Below are positions 12,340 to 25,469 of a stretch of DNA of 64,000 bases, piece by piece. Numbering within the stretch: the first letter of the stretch is position 1; each line of letters opens with the position of its first letter. Location of the stretch: positions 65,534,001 to 65,598,000 of the forward strand of contig OZ038379.1 of NCBI GenBank assembly GCA_964036045.1, written 5' to 3'. Origin of the DNA: Eutreptiella sp. 'Long Island Sound 2002'. Taxonomy: Eukaryota; Protista; Euglenida. The notes beneath the pieces are model-generated. The model was not told the DNA's origin and ran no database searches. It was given only the letters and a program-made list of their open reading frames with translations. The translations under genes were made by a program, and so were the position numbers.

Positions 12340-12782
12340 CTACTTTCGTGCATGCCCATACTGCGCCTAGTCCATGGCAATGGGAACGCCTGCAACACTG
12401 TCTGATGGCATTTGTTGTGAAGTGCCTTGCCAACGTGGAATGCATGCATAGCTGAGGGCATTATGTGCACACCAAGGGACGCCGGAGCCAATGGAAAAGA
12501 AATTAGGTCCATCAGCGACAAGCAGTGGGAGAACTGGAGGCCACAATATGGAGCCTTTGGGGGGTTATTGGCTTCCTTGCCAATAATGCGCCTCGCTGGT
12601 GCAATGAAAACCCCTGCACCGCTGAGTGATGGTATTTGACGTGTTATGCCCTGCCCACGGGAAAGTCATGCACATTTGAGGGCATTACGTGTGCGCTAGG
12701 GGACGCCCCGGCCAATGGAAAGGAATGGGTTCCATCGGGGACGGGTACTGGGAGAATCGGAAGGCACAAGTTGGACCCTTTG
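12340..12782. repeat. ~225-bp repeat family, ~2 units, interrupted by family A insertion
   Basis: The unit reads ...GTTGGACCCTT-TG|element|TG-GGGGTTATTGGC. Joining the flanks restores the normal unit GACCCTTTGGGGGTT seen at 4145. Confidence 0.85.
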
Positions 12783-12817
12783 CCCTAGGTACATTTATGA
12801 AAAGTAATACTGTTCAT
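12783..12817 (+). repeat. Family A left TIR (35 bp)
   Basis: CCCTAGGTACATTTATGAAAAGTAATACTGTTCAT. Confidence 0.85.
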
Positions 12818-12904
12818 AATTCATTTTTCATATCTGAAAAATTCATATATGAACCATGAATTTTGAACAGCCTTTATGAACGCTTCTTTGTCCACAAATT
12901 TTTT

Positions 12905-14680
12905 ATGTCTTACCCTTGCTCCATCTTCACGGAGCCGAACATGATGCTTGGTCGGCTTAGTGGTGCCACCAGTCTTCGGGACAGCAAGTGTTATGACCTG
13001 TTGGACCAATGGATGTCATCGTCCCCCCTCATCTTGGCATGTTTCACGTAGGCAATGGACCACAATCCCCTTCTGGCGGTCCACAAAACCAACGTGCAGG
13101 CCATCCGTACGTATGCGGAGGCCCTCTTTCCCGCACCCTATCTGATAGGGCTCCTGTTCGAATTGGGTGCACCTCGGTCCGGCTTCCGTGTGTTGTCTGA
13201 GTACATCACTTGCCGGGGTGACGCCTACACCGCCCGCACCGGGCTGCCCTTCCCACAGCCCATCCCCACACGGGACCAATTTGACGCAACGTGGAAGTCA
13301 TTGACCGCTCCGCTTGCGTTGCCCCCCCCCCGGTGGAATATGCCGACCCCCCTTTGTCGGGTCGCTGTTGGCCCCTACGGTCATGGGCACAATACGTGCA
13401 CTCCCGGCCAGCCCTGTACCACTCTATTGACGGCACCCGCCCCCTCACCTTTCTTGTGCGGGGTGACGGGTGACCTTGCGCCCGTGGGAGTTGATCGCAG
13501 CTATCGGTGGGGCTATTGAACCATGGGGTAAAGGCGCGCACACCCCCCTTACTATGGGGCATCGGCATGGCCGTCGCAGGGGACAAGGATATGGTTGCCA
13601 TGGGCCATATTTGGGCTCAGGGGCGGCAGGTTGGTAGTGTGCATTTTCGTGTTCATAAGTTGTTCATAATTTGCGCGTTCATAATTCGAAAAGTGCCGTC
13701 ATAAAACGCCGTGCTGCCGATTCGTGAATTATGAACACGTTTTTTGCACACCAGTTATGAACATGCTTTATGAACGCATGTCGTGCAGTCCATTATTGAC
13801 TGCAAAAAATTTTACTGTTGCGACAGCTCGGTGCCGGCAGCGGTCATCCTTGGTGGGGAGCAGCCGTGGCTGGCGGCTGATGGGCATCAACGTGGCTCCC
13901 CAAGTGGGGAGCATTTTCAACGAGGCCGTGCGGGACAATACGGCCAAGCGGTTGAATGACGTCGCTGCTCGGAGGACAACTCAGTCGGATTCCAACAATC
14001 ATTGTCGTTTTTCAGGTGACCCGCAAAAGTTTGGATGCGGCAGGATGCACCGGCGAGCCGCTGCTGGTCATAGCCAGAAACTGGGTATTTTTGTGCATTT
14101 TGCACTGTTGCATGGCCTTCGGGAGGCTTTTCATGGCCTTTTTGGAGGCGCAGGTGGGAAATCATCCCCTTGAGGTTGCCGGGGGGGGTACAAAAAACCG
14201 GTGTTGCGTGTGGTTGGGGGCGCAGAACGCACCGGACCGGGAGGACCTGTTGTAGGACTGGGAGCAGATGGCTCCGCTGCCTGCATACGTCGAGGAGGAC
14301 CCACCGTGGCAAGCGGTTGTGGGGCTCCGATCATTGCTACGCACCGTGTACTAGCCCCTTCCGGTTGTGCCACGCCCTTCGTGCCGATCTGTTACTGCTG
14401 CGTTTCAGCAACACTGCTACGGGGAGTCGGGGTCGCACTTTTTGTTGTTCCTCGAAGAGGACTGTGATACAATGCTTGAGAGTGCGGATGCATGCGGGGT
14501 GGGATTGGCTGCCATGTCGGGGGATTTTGTGGAAAGCACAAATTTCATTTTTGAAGGGGGGATACAATGGGCATATTTCTAGGGGTGGGGGTGCGGGTAA
14601 CAGTGCAGTGGAACGTGAAGGAATGGTCGTGTAGCACATTTGGGAATGGTGGTTTCTAACCTTTGACCTGCCGTTGTTGC
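12905..14680 (+). pseudogene. Family A DDE transposase, full-length but disrupted
   Basis: LGRLSGATSL..., AIRTYAEAL...GLPFPQPI, TFLVRGDG (putative D1), intron from 13630, GGEQPWL (D2 position; D in family B), CILHCCM, VESTN (putative E). Several stops and homopolymer frameshifts. Confidence 0.72.
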
Positions 14681-14797
14681 ACTATAACACCCCACACACC
14701 GCGGCGTGCACCGCCGCTTCTCCTCTAAGCACCACCCTCCAAGCACCCTCCACCCACGCGCCCTCTGCGACCCAGCTTTATTACTCTTCACCCATCC

Positions 14798-17077
14798 ATG
14801 GACGCCGCCGAGCTGAGGAAGCTGCTGGAGGAGAGTAACAAGGCGACCTCGCCCTGGTGGTATGATGTTCGTCGGCTGTGGTTCGCGTTCATATTGCGTT
14901 CATAATTTGGTGTTCATAAAACCGAATGGGCCAAAAGCCCCTCCACCCCACCACCCCCTGCGTCCCCCTCCACTGCCACGTCCTTGATCTGTTGACTCCT
15001 CACTCGAGGAGTCGGTGGCGGATCGGGAGCCGGGGTGAGCGGGGTGGAGTCGCCCGGAGGAGTTGGCTTCACGAGGTGGAGGAGCTTGAGGTGGAGCTTG
15101 AGCTTGAGCTGGAGCTTGGGCTGCCAGCTGCTACTCCTGTGGATGTGGGTGAAGCTCTTCATAAAAGGGTTCATAAAACCGGTTCATAATTCATCAGTTC
15201 ATAAATCGGTTCATAATTCATTCATGACCGCAGTTGTGGTTGAGGGGGGAGGCCGGCCATACATGGGGCCTGACCCACGCCAACTAGCGCAATGTGATGA
15301 CCCTCCCATGGATGCAGGGAGCGCTAAACAGTTGGTACTCCCCCGATGCCCCCCTTTCTTCGAGCCCTGAGGTGACTTACATCACCCTGCGCTAGGCATT
15401 TCGCCGTCTTTTGCGGCACCGCATCCGCAACAAGGGTGCGGGGGGGGGGCCTGTCGGCACACACGGGGGGCATGGGCATGGAAGCCCCTGCCGGGAAAGC
15501 CCTTGTCCCCCATCCCCAAACCAATTGGGGCTGGGGATTTGATGCAGGCCAAAATTTCTACGGGCCCACGGGGGGCCTTGATGCGGGGGTCCCATTGAAA
15601 GCCGTGCTTCCTCCATTGGGAGGAAACGGCGTGGGTGAAGCTGCAGCGCTCCGGGCGCAAGTTGGAGTGCATCCCCCAGTGGGAATCAATTTTCGGGGGG
15701 CTGTATGTCCCGGGACAGGTGGCCTCGTACCAGGGGGCTGTCGAGCCATCCCATGAAGCCCCTTGGCCGGGCAGCCCCAGCCACCACCACCACTGTGGCT
15801 GCCGGGGGCGCCCCTGGCAGCGCAGCTGCGCATTTCCGGACCCCCCCGGGCGCCAGGTGCACCGTCAGACCATAGCCGGATTTCGAGGTATGTGCGTTCA
15901 TTCTTTGTTCATAATTCGTTCATAATTCGGCGTTCATAATTCAGCGACCCTGCACTGCCCATTTATGAACGACGAACGCGTTTTATGAACGCGTTTTATG
16001 AACGCCTTTTAATCAACGGCACTATCACAGGTCATGGACGTGGAAGTGAACCCTGCGGACGTCGCGGGGGTCTGCATCCGCTACTGGCAGGGCACCGCCC
16101 AGTACACCATCGCCCTGTCTGCCCTGTACCAGCGGCTGCTCCTCAACCTGCAACGGGGGTGCTCTTGCGGGAGTAGGAACGCTCCCGCTGCCTAACGGAC
16201 ACTTGGGTGGTCAATACGCCCTGCTGGGCTAGCCTGGGTGAGTTGGGGTGGGACGGGTGTGTTGACCAGGAGATCCTGCTGTCCAGTTGTGGGTTGAGCC
16301 CACCCGGCCCCAGCAGCCCCCGCAGCACCTCCCCGGCAACCCCCCCCCCCCCCCCCCGAGAAACCGAAGCCCCCTACCCTGCCCCCCCTCCAAACCAACC
16401 CAACCCAAAAGAACCCCCACGCAGAAGGGTACGTCCTTCGAATCGGGCAGCACCTCATCGTCGGACCACAAAGTCCACCGTGGCCATGGGAAGGCGGTGA
16501 TGGGGAAGCAGCCGCGGTAGCAAAACCGCCGCGAGGAACCCCCCTCTTTGAAGGCAGATGAGTCACCTTACCCCCCGCTTGGTGAACAGGTGTATGTGCC
16601 CGACACCGGTGGTGTCTACCTGGGGGTTGTAACCTTGGTTGGGGGGGGGGCGGGGGGAGAGTGTGGGAGGAACACCTAGGGGAAAAGGCGATGTCTCGGG
16701 TTCAGAGGCATCTGTTGCATGCCTCCCATGCTGCACCATTGACCCATTGGGAGCAGCAGAAGGTTGCAGCTGCAGGTAAGAAAGCCGCCAAGGCCAAAAA
16801 GAAGCCTAACCCCAAATCGGACGCTGACCCACCGGCCGAGCTTGCCCCCAAGCCAGCTAAGCCTGAACCCGAGGCTGAGGCTAAGCAGGCCCCTTAGCCC
16901 AAGCCCAAAGCTGCCCCTGATGCCCCCCACATGGAGGTGGATGCCCCAGCGCAACCCTCGGCCCAACCGGCAGCCCAAGCACCTGCCCAATCCCCTAATC
17001 AGGCCCCTCATGGCGGCGCCACCCAAGCCACGGCCCCCCTTTGGGAGGACCCGACAGGCCCCGGCGCTGAGGTTTAG
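14798..17077 (+). pseudogene. Family A ORF2, copy 2 (retains an extra exon ~14930-15148)
   Basis: Same structure as 1316-3286, plus a ~310-bp segment (PCVPLHCHVLDLLTPH...EVELELELEL) between TTCATAA clusters. Confidence 0.65.
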
Positions 17078-17598
17078 GGCGGCAAGAACAAGCAAGGACA
17101 AGGGACAAAGACAAACAGTGAAGTGGACAGGACATAATGAAAATTGAGCGAATTTTGTGTGCCTGTGCATCTGCTCATAGAACGCGTTCATAAAACGCGT
17201 TCATAAAACGATCGGCGCATTCATAAAAGGAAGTGTGAATGATGAATGGAATTATGAATAGAATTATGAAAAGGGGAGGATGTTTTCATAATTTGCAAAA
17301 GAATGGCGAAAATGGCAATTTTTCCAAAAGAACCCCCGGTCGACAAAAAAAAATTCACCTCGAGGGTGTTGACCCAACCCCCCAAGTTTTGAACAAAAAT
17401 TGCCCATGGGTACCCCAGCAAGAGCAAAATGCAATCATATTTCATTAAACGATTTATAATGAACAACACTACCTCTCATGTAGGTACAAAGGGTCGGGGT
17501 TATTGGCTTTTTTTGCCCATGCCACGCCTAGATGGTAGGCGGAAAACCCCTGTATTGCTGACTAATGGCATTTGACGTGTTGCGTGTTGTACACGGGG

Positions 17599-19715
17599 CC
17601 TGCCGGGAAAGCCCTTGTCCCCCATCCCCGAACCAATTGGGGCTGGGGATTTGATGCAGGCCAAAATTTCTACGGGCCCACGGGGGGCCTTGATGCGGGG
17701 GTCCCATTGGGAGCCGCGCTTCCTCCACTGGGAGGAAACGGCGTGGGTGAAGCTGCAGCGCTCCGGGCACAAGTTGGAGTGCACCCCTCAGTGGGAATCA
17801 ATTTTCGGGGGGCTGCATGTCCCGGGACAGGTGGCCTCGTACCAGGGGGCTGTCGAGCCATCCCATGAAGCCCCTTGGCCGGGCAGCCCCGTCCACCACC
17901 AGCATCACGGCCCCCGGGGGCGCCCCCCAGGGCGCCCCTCGCAGCGCAGCTGCGCATTTGCGGACCCCCCTGGGCGCCAGGTGCACCGTCAGACCATAGC
18001 CGGATTTCGAGGTATGTGCGTTCATTCTTTGTTCATAATTCGTTCATAATTCGGCGTTCATAATTCAGCGACCCTGCACTGCCCATTTATGAACGACGAA
18101 CGCGTTTTATGAACGCGTTTTATGAACGCCTTTTAATCAACGGCACTATCACAGGTCATGGACGTGGAAGTGAACCCTGCGGACGTCGCGGGGGTCTGCA
18201 TCCGCTACTGGCAGGGCACCGCCCAGTACACCATCGCCCTGTCTGCCCTGTACCAGCTGCTGCTCCTCAACGCGCAACGGGGGTGCTCTTGCGGGAGTAG
18301 GAACGCTCCCGCTGCCTAACGGACACTTGGGCGGTGAATACGCCCTGCTGGGCTAACCTGGGTGAGTTGGGGTGGGACGGGTGTGTTGACCAGGAGATCC
18401 TGCTGTCCAGTTGTGGGTTGATCCCCGCAAGCCCCGGCAGCCCCCGCAGCACCTCCCCGGCAAAGCCCCCCCCCCCCCCGAGAAACCCAAGCCCCCTACC
18501 CTGCCCCCCCTCCAAACCAACCCAACCCAAAAGAACCCCCACGCAGAAGGGCAAGTCCTTCGAATCGGGCAGCACCTCATTGTCGGACCACAAAGTCCAC
18601 CGTGGCCATGGGAAGGCGGTGACGGGGAAGCAGCCGCGGCAGCAAAACCGCCGCGAGGAACCCCCCTCTTTGGAGGGGGATGGGTCACCTTACCCCCTGC
18701 TTGGTGAACAGGTTTATGTGCCCGACACCGATGGTGTCTACCTGGGGGTTGTAACCTTGGTTGGGGGGGGGGGGGAGGGTGTGGGTGGAACACCTAGGGG
18801 AAAAGGCGATGTCTCGGGTTGAGAGGCATCTGTTGTATGCCTCCCATGCTGCACCATTGACCCATTGGGAGCAGCAGAAGGCTGCAGCTGCAGGTAAGAA
18901 AGCCGCCAAGGCCAAAAAGAAGCCCAACCCCAAATCGGACGCTGACCTGCCGGCCGAGCCTGCCCCCAAGCCAGCTAAGCCTGAACCCGAGGCTGAGGCT
19001 AAGCAGGCCCCTTAGCCCAAGCCCAAAGCTGCCGCTGATGCCCCCCACATGGAGGTGGATGCCCCAACGCAACCCTCGGCCCAACCGGCAGCCCAACCAC
19101 CTGCCCAAACCCCTAACCAGGCCCCTCATGGCGGCGAAACCCAAGCCACGGCCCCCCTTTGGGAGGACCCGACAGGCCCCGGCGCTGAGGTTTAGGGTGG
19201 CAAGAACAAGCAAGGACAAGGGACAAAGACAAACAGTGAAGTGGACAGGACATATTGAAAATTGAGCGGATTTTGTGTGCCTGTGCATCTGCTCATAGAA
19301 CGCGTTCATAAAACGCGTTCATAAATCGATTGGCGCATTCATAAAAGGAAGTGTGAATGATGAATGGAATTATGAATGGAATTATGAACAGGGGAGGATG
19401 TTTTCATCATTTGCAAAAGAATGGCGAAAATGGCAATTTTTCCAAAAGAACCCCCGGTCCAGAAAAACAAATTCACCTCGAGGGTGATGACCCAACCCCC
19501 CAAGTTTTGAACAAAAATTGCCCATGGGTACCCCAGCAAGAGCAAAATGCGTTCATATTTCATTGAACGATTTATAATGAACAAAACTACCTTTCATATA
19601 GGTACCAAGGGTGGGGGTTATTGGCTTTTTTTTCCCATGCCACGCCTAGATGGTAGGCGGAAAACCCCTGTATTGCTGACTAATGGCATTTGACGTGTTG
19701 CACGTTGTAAACAGG
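17599..19715 (+). repeat. Tandem duplication of ~15487-17598 (right half of family A plus flank)
   Basis: Junction ACACGGGG|CCTGCCGGGAAAG at ~17598. A second right TIR ends at 19611, followed by TG. Confidence 0.9.
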
Positions 19716-22649
19716 GATTGGGTGCACAGTTGAGGCTATTATATCAAAACCAGGGGACACCGCAACCAATGGAATAGGAATGGGGTCCATCCGGGACGGG
19801 TACTGGGAGAACCGCAAGGCACAAGTTGAACCCTTTGGGGGTGATTGGCTTTTTTTGCCCATACTACCCCTCGTTGGTAGACGGAAATCCCCTGTAGCAA
19901 TGACTAATGGCATTTGACGTGTTGTGTGTTGCCCACGAGGAGTTCATGCACAATCGAGGGCATTGTTTGTAAGCCAGGGGATGCCGCAACCAATTCAAAA
20001 TGAATGGGTTCCATCGGGGATGGGTAGTGGGATAACTGGAAGGCACAAGTTGGACCCTTTGGGGGTTGTTGCCTTTTTTTGCCGATACCACGCCTAGTTT
20101 GTCGGCTAAAAGCCCCTGCACTGTTGACTAATGGCATTTCACGTGATGTGCGTTGCCCACGGGGAGTTTATGCACGGTTGAGACCATTATGTGTAAGCTA
20201 GGGGACGCCACAGCTAGTGGAAAAGAAGGTGGGTCCACCGGGGATTGGCACGCGGAGAGCTACAAAGCACAAGTTGCACCTATTGGGGGGTTGTTGGCTT
20301 TTTTTTTGCCGATGCGGCGCCTAGTTGGTAGAATGAAAACCCCTGCACTGCTGATTGATGCCATTCGCCTGTTTTACCTTGCCCGCGGGGAGTTGATACA
20401 CAATTGAGGGCATTATGTGTACGCTAGGGGACGTAGCAGCCAATGGAAAAAGGAATTGTGCCCCTAGGGGACGGGCACTTGGAGAACCGCGACGTACAAG
20501 TTGCACCCTTTCGCCGTATTGGCCCTTGTTGCCTGCTTCTTTGCAGAGCAATGTTTGGTTCACAAGCAAGGAGTTGAGGGGGTGGCCCCCAAGCTGTGAC
20601 TACAGCAACCGGCGGAGGGACCACTGGAGGAGGCACCAAAACAACAAGCGAACGGAGCACCGAAGGAGGCACGAACTCAGCACGGGCCAGCAGAGGCAAC
20701 ACCAAAGGACACAAGAAAGGAACAAGCAAAGACGGCAAAAAAGAAGGCACCAAAGCAAACACTAACGGATTGAAGCCGCAAGCGCCAAAGAAGGCACCAA
20801 AGCAGGCAAGGAGGGAGCACCACGGAAGGTATCAAAGGCGCAAGTGCCAAAAGAGGTACCAAAGCAGCCAATAGAGGCAACACCATGTGAGCCGCAAGCG
20901 CCACACGAGGCACCAAAGCTGCAAAGGCAGCACGAGAGGATGCACCAAATTAGCCAGCAAAGGTAGCACCAAAGGACACAGCAAAGTAGCCAGAAAAGAT
21001 AGCAAAAAAGAAGGCACCAATACACCCGGCAGAGGCACCTCCAACAAAGGAATCAAAGAGACAAGCAGCAAACGAGGCACCACGGCATCCATCAGAGCAA
21101 CTTTGGGAATGGTTCACATCCGGGTTCTTCATACCCCGTTCGGGTCCCGACTCCGATAACTCCACTTATGCCCGATGCGGCGCCAAGTTGTCCAAGGATG
21201 AATTCACCAAGCTTACGGATCGCGAAAGGGAGGCATACAAGAAAAGCGGCTCACTAGAACGTCCCCACAACACGTGTAATTGCCCCCATTGGCCACTCAT
21301 CGCAGCACAGGGAGTGGAGAGCAATGTAAAGGGAGGAGTATCGTTATGCCGCAAAGAAAGCGGTAGGGAAGGTGTCCAAAGGTGGTCGGCCCGTCGGTTT
21401 GTATGTCACAATAGCAAGGGACACAAGGACAGGAACCGAACGCGCCAATGCCGTATTTTTACCTTCATGGAACCATGGAGGTGACGTGGGATCCCAGCGA
21501 GTTTATACAAGCAAGTCATTGGCTTGAGCAGCAGGGGTTGGCGGCAGAGGCAGAGGTAGAGGCAAAAGGACCGGGGAAGGGACATGCCGCACACCACCCG
21601 CAAGCACAGACACAGCAACCGCAAACAGGACATGCCGCGGATCAATGAGAACAGAGATCGCAATGCAAGCATCCCGAAAATCGACGCAAAAGCTTGGGAG
21701 CACACCAAGCCGCCCACAATATCGGCCCCTGACCCAACATCGGCCCCTGACCCAAGAAGGCAAGGGCAATGGCAAGGGCAAGCCCGGCTTGAAGAAGGCG
21801 CGCTGCACATCCACGGGAGCACCACTAGTGTCTCAGTCGGACCTGGAGAAGTCACAGTCTAGCGAACCGTTTTTTTTTGACGCATGGCCGGATATTGCTA
21901 AGTGCCTCGGCATTAGGCCAAGCACGGCCAAGTACAAGGCCATCGCGAACATGTGGGACCTGCTGCAGGCCCTCTATTGTACATATCGGGGCCCTAACCC
22001 ATTGAATTGTGCTGTTGTGGCCCGCGATTTCCGGCGCCACTGTACTGTTGGAACAACATCATGGTATCTACTAAGCCTTGAGCATGATGTAGATACCATG
22101 TTACAGAACATTAAGCCATTTGGCTTGGTCTAGCGAACCGTTCTAGCGCTGATCTAGCCACCGCCGTACCGCCGCCGCTAGAACGTCGCTAGAACGCCGC
22201 TAGAACAGTTGCCTAGAACGCCGCTAGAACGCACCTGCATTTTGTTTGTTTCTTCAGGTTGTCAACGTGCAGACGTGTGGAGCAGACCCCCGCGGGGTGC
22301 GCGTGGAGTGGCGTGATGGCGGAGGGCGGACGCGCCTCGTGGGGGTCACCGAGATGAGCTGGATGATTTGGACGAACCCCAATTTGGCCCTCCCGGTGCC
22401 GGAGGGTTTGGGGAGGTGGGAAGCAGGCAGGAGTGCAAGGGGCATGGACCCGCAGCGCAAGGGTTGGAGGAGGTTGCAGGAACGGGCGGGGGATGACAGC
22501 AGCAGCAGCACCACCACCACCAGCAGCAACAGCACCACCACCACCACTAGCAGCGGGGGGAAGACACCCCCCCCCCCCAAACCGACCGGGCCTGACCATG
22601 GTCTAAGGTGTAGAGGAGGGCAGTCATGGTCAGGTTAAACCAGGTGCGA

Positions 22650-25469
22650 AGCTCCTCACGACTGGGCGTGGGTGCCTCTTCGGGGCATGGTAACGGAGTC
22701 GGGTATAAGCGTCAACGGGCGCGAAACACCGCGTGCGCCATATTTTATGCACACATCCGGCGCTTAGCCCCCCCAGAGAACACCGAATAATTCAGTTCAT
22801 CCCAGTGCCTGCCTGCTTCCTGTCACACGCCACAAGTGGTAGAGTACGCCCAAAAATCAGTGCATGCATTGACAGAGTAGACAGTGCCGGGCGCCACCTG
22901 CAGCGACGCTCACGCCTCTCCGCACCGTCCGCCGCTGCGCCTCCGTCCGCACCTGTGTCCCTCCTCCCGATCCCCGCCTTCGATCTCCCATCTGCTTGTG
23001 CGTATGCCCTGTCGCCTCCACTCGGGGGATTGCCCAGTGCGCTGTGCTGGCCATCGACCCCACCCTGCTTCACTCCCATACCGACACTGGTGCCTGTGGG
23101 GGGGCCCCAGGCACTGCTCAGCGCCAGAGAGAAGCGATCACCCCCGCCGAGGTGTGAGTCGTCAGCAAGATGTACAACAGGGCACCCTGTTGTGCAACTG
23201 CATGTACGGCCCCAGCAAGACCGACGTCACAGCGGTACCCGTGACAGATGCCATCGTGCGATCGTTCGGGTGGTGGATCTCGGTGCTTGACACCTTACGT
23301 GAAGTGCTGTCTCAGCGGCGACCACCAAACCCGACTTTAGGACGGCCTCCGCGTGGATAAATCTGTGGGTTGCCATGTACTCGGCCTGGGCCGATCGGAT
23401 GTCTCTGAAGGTCTCTAGGGCCGCCTCGTTTGACGCAGCAGGGCTCCCGACGCCGCCCCCGTGTGATCCGGCAGTCCTGAGGTCAACTATGTGCGCCCTA
23501 GCGACCACAGCGAAGCCCTTCCGCACTATCCCGCCGCGTGCCCTGGCTGCCCGTGCAGCCCCAGGCGCTGGTGCGCCCGCTGCTCCCAGCCAGCCTGTTG
23601 TCACCGACACCTCTGCTCTACAGCAGGAGATGGTTCTCACCCTGGCGGTCTGCAGGGCGCTGGCCCCGGAAGCAGTCCACACAGCTCCGTGCAGCCTCGG
23701 CCGCCACCTGTCCCCACTGCCGTCGGCCGTATCGGTGCCGTTCGTCATCAAGGCGAAAATACGCTCTCAGCTGGCCACCATCCTGTCGTCGAACCGCCTC
23801 CTTTTCGGGGCAGACGCGGCTCAAGCGGCGACGCAGCTGAAGCAGTGGCGCAAGTACATCGCCGCCAAGCCGCCATCTGCGCCGGCTGCCCCCCCGCAAC
23901 AGCAATTGCTCGCAGAGCTGCAGGCAGTGCTGAAGGGTCTCGCTGACTCTACCGACTGGCCTGCAGCGGTGGGAGCCATCGCCCCTTTCCTGTCCGGCAG
24001 TGTTGCCACGGGGCAGCAGCTGCTGGATGGTTCCTCTTGGGCTGCAGAATGGTGCGCCAAGGGGTTCTAGGCCTCTGGCTCATGCAAACCCTTGACATCG
24101 CGCCTAGGGATGTGTGCGGCACCATTGCTGATAACCTCGCCACGTCCTTTGGCACCACTGGTGGTTCCCCCTCGCACTGCGTGTGGGTGGACGCCATCCG
24201 TCGCCATTACGCCAGCTACTTGGCGGATGGCCCCATAAAAGAATTCTATGTGCCTGCGCAACATGACACGCGCCGCCTGGACCTGGTTGCAAGCCGGCAC
24301 GCAGAAGCAGACCGGCTGGCGAAAGCTGGCCTCCGTCTCGCCCGGGCGCGTGTGATTCCCCTCCCTTCCCTGCTAGCGGACCTCCACCTCCTGTACTGTG
24401 AGGGCCGTCTAGTGTGCAATGTGGTCTCCACCCTGGATGCCCTGTACACGCAGACCTGTCAGGCGCGTGCCCCCTCCCTTGAAGGCTATGACACTGCATG
24501 CCAGGAGCGGTGCCTGCTATCCTCCCTCCTCCCCAACAGAGCGCTGAAGTTTGCATGTTGGCTCCGCATGGCCCCCCGCACCCATGTATCCCCCAAAGCA
24601 GAGCTGCACTGCTACCTCTGCCGCGCCCCCTGTCACTCTTGGGGCCAGCATCTGTACTCAGACTGCATGTCCACAACGCTTGCATGTCTGCATGGCTTCA
24701 AGACTTTGGCATTGTCACTGCAGCTAGAGTCCCCCGTCTAGTGGCTCGCAGTCGACCACATCAGGGTGTCCGTAGACGGCGGCGCCCTGCAATGGACTCT
24801 GGTGCATCCGGCAGCAGCCCCTGAGTCTGACCCGCTGACACATGTGGCACTGTCCTGGTCACGGGCGATCGCTGTGCGCCCAGGGGCGCCACTGCCAGCG
24901 GAGCCCTGTGACGCGGCTGTGCGTACATTTTTGTCTACCATAGCTCAGTGGGAGGTTCTGGATCCTCTATCGCGCCGGGAAGCCATGTTCGAAGCGCCTG
25001 ACCCCCCCCCCACCGCTGGCCTGGCCCGTTTCCCTGGGCGGCGTTCGCCGTCGCCTCGGCGTTTGCCCACCTAGGGGCTCCAGCCTGCAGCCCCAGAGAC
25101 TCCGTGCCGTTCGGCCACTCCTCACCCCCTCCCCCCGACGTACACCCCCCCCCATGGCCCTTCGATGTGCGCCTGGCGACGGAGGCACCACCCCCTGGAT
25201 GGGCGGGGGTCTGGTTCAAGCCCAACCCAGATGTGCTCCTGGCCCCCCCAGACTGGGTACACGTTACACTGTCCCCATCCCTCGCCCTGACCTACCCTGC
25301 GCGTGTGTTGTGTCCTGCTCTCGGGGACGCCCTCCTCTCTCTGACCCGCGATAGCTGGGACCCCAGACAGGCCGCCGCAGACGCTCCAGAAATAGAGGAC
25401 CCAGCGCACAGAGCAAACGAATTGGCTGCCCTGTCGTGCAGCTCAGACTCTGATGAGGGGGATGAATAA
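22650..25469 (+). mobile_element. Non-LTR retroelement derivative (ORF1-like + RNase H + CCHC finger, no RT) nested in family C ORF2
   Basis: GSSWAAEW..., TIADN and FYVPAQHDTRR...RHAEADRLAK (RNase H, 23990-24330); CYLCRAPCHSWGQHLYSDC (24610-24666). Boundaries are approximate. Copy 1 (6750-8590) is truncated inside RNase H. Confidence 0.6.

Larger units (their letters stand above)
12783..17493 (+). mobile_element. Family A DNA transposon, complete copy (4.7 kb), CCC...GGG ends, 2-bp TSD (TG)
   Basis: TIRs at 12783-12817 and 17459-17493. Left flank is TG. Right flank is TC here but TG at the duplicated ends 3703 and 19612. Subterminal GTTCATAA arrays, two genes. Confidence 0.88.
13484..24068 (+). 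repeat. Segmental duplicate of 1-8590
   Basis: Collinear high identity from GTGGGAGTTGATCGCAGC to GGTGCGCCAAGGGGTTCT, with private indels in each copy. Confidence 0.92.
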
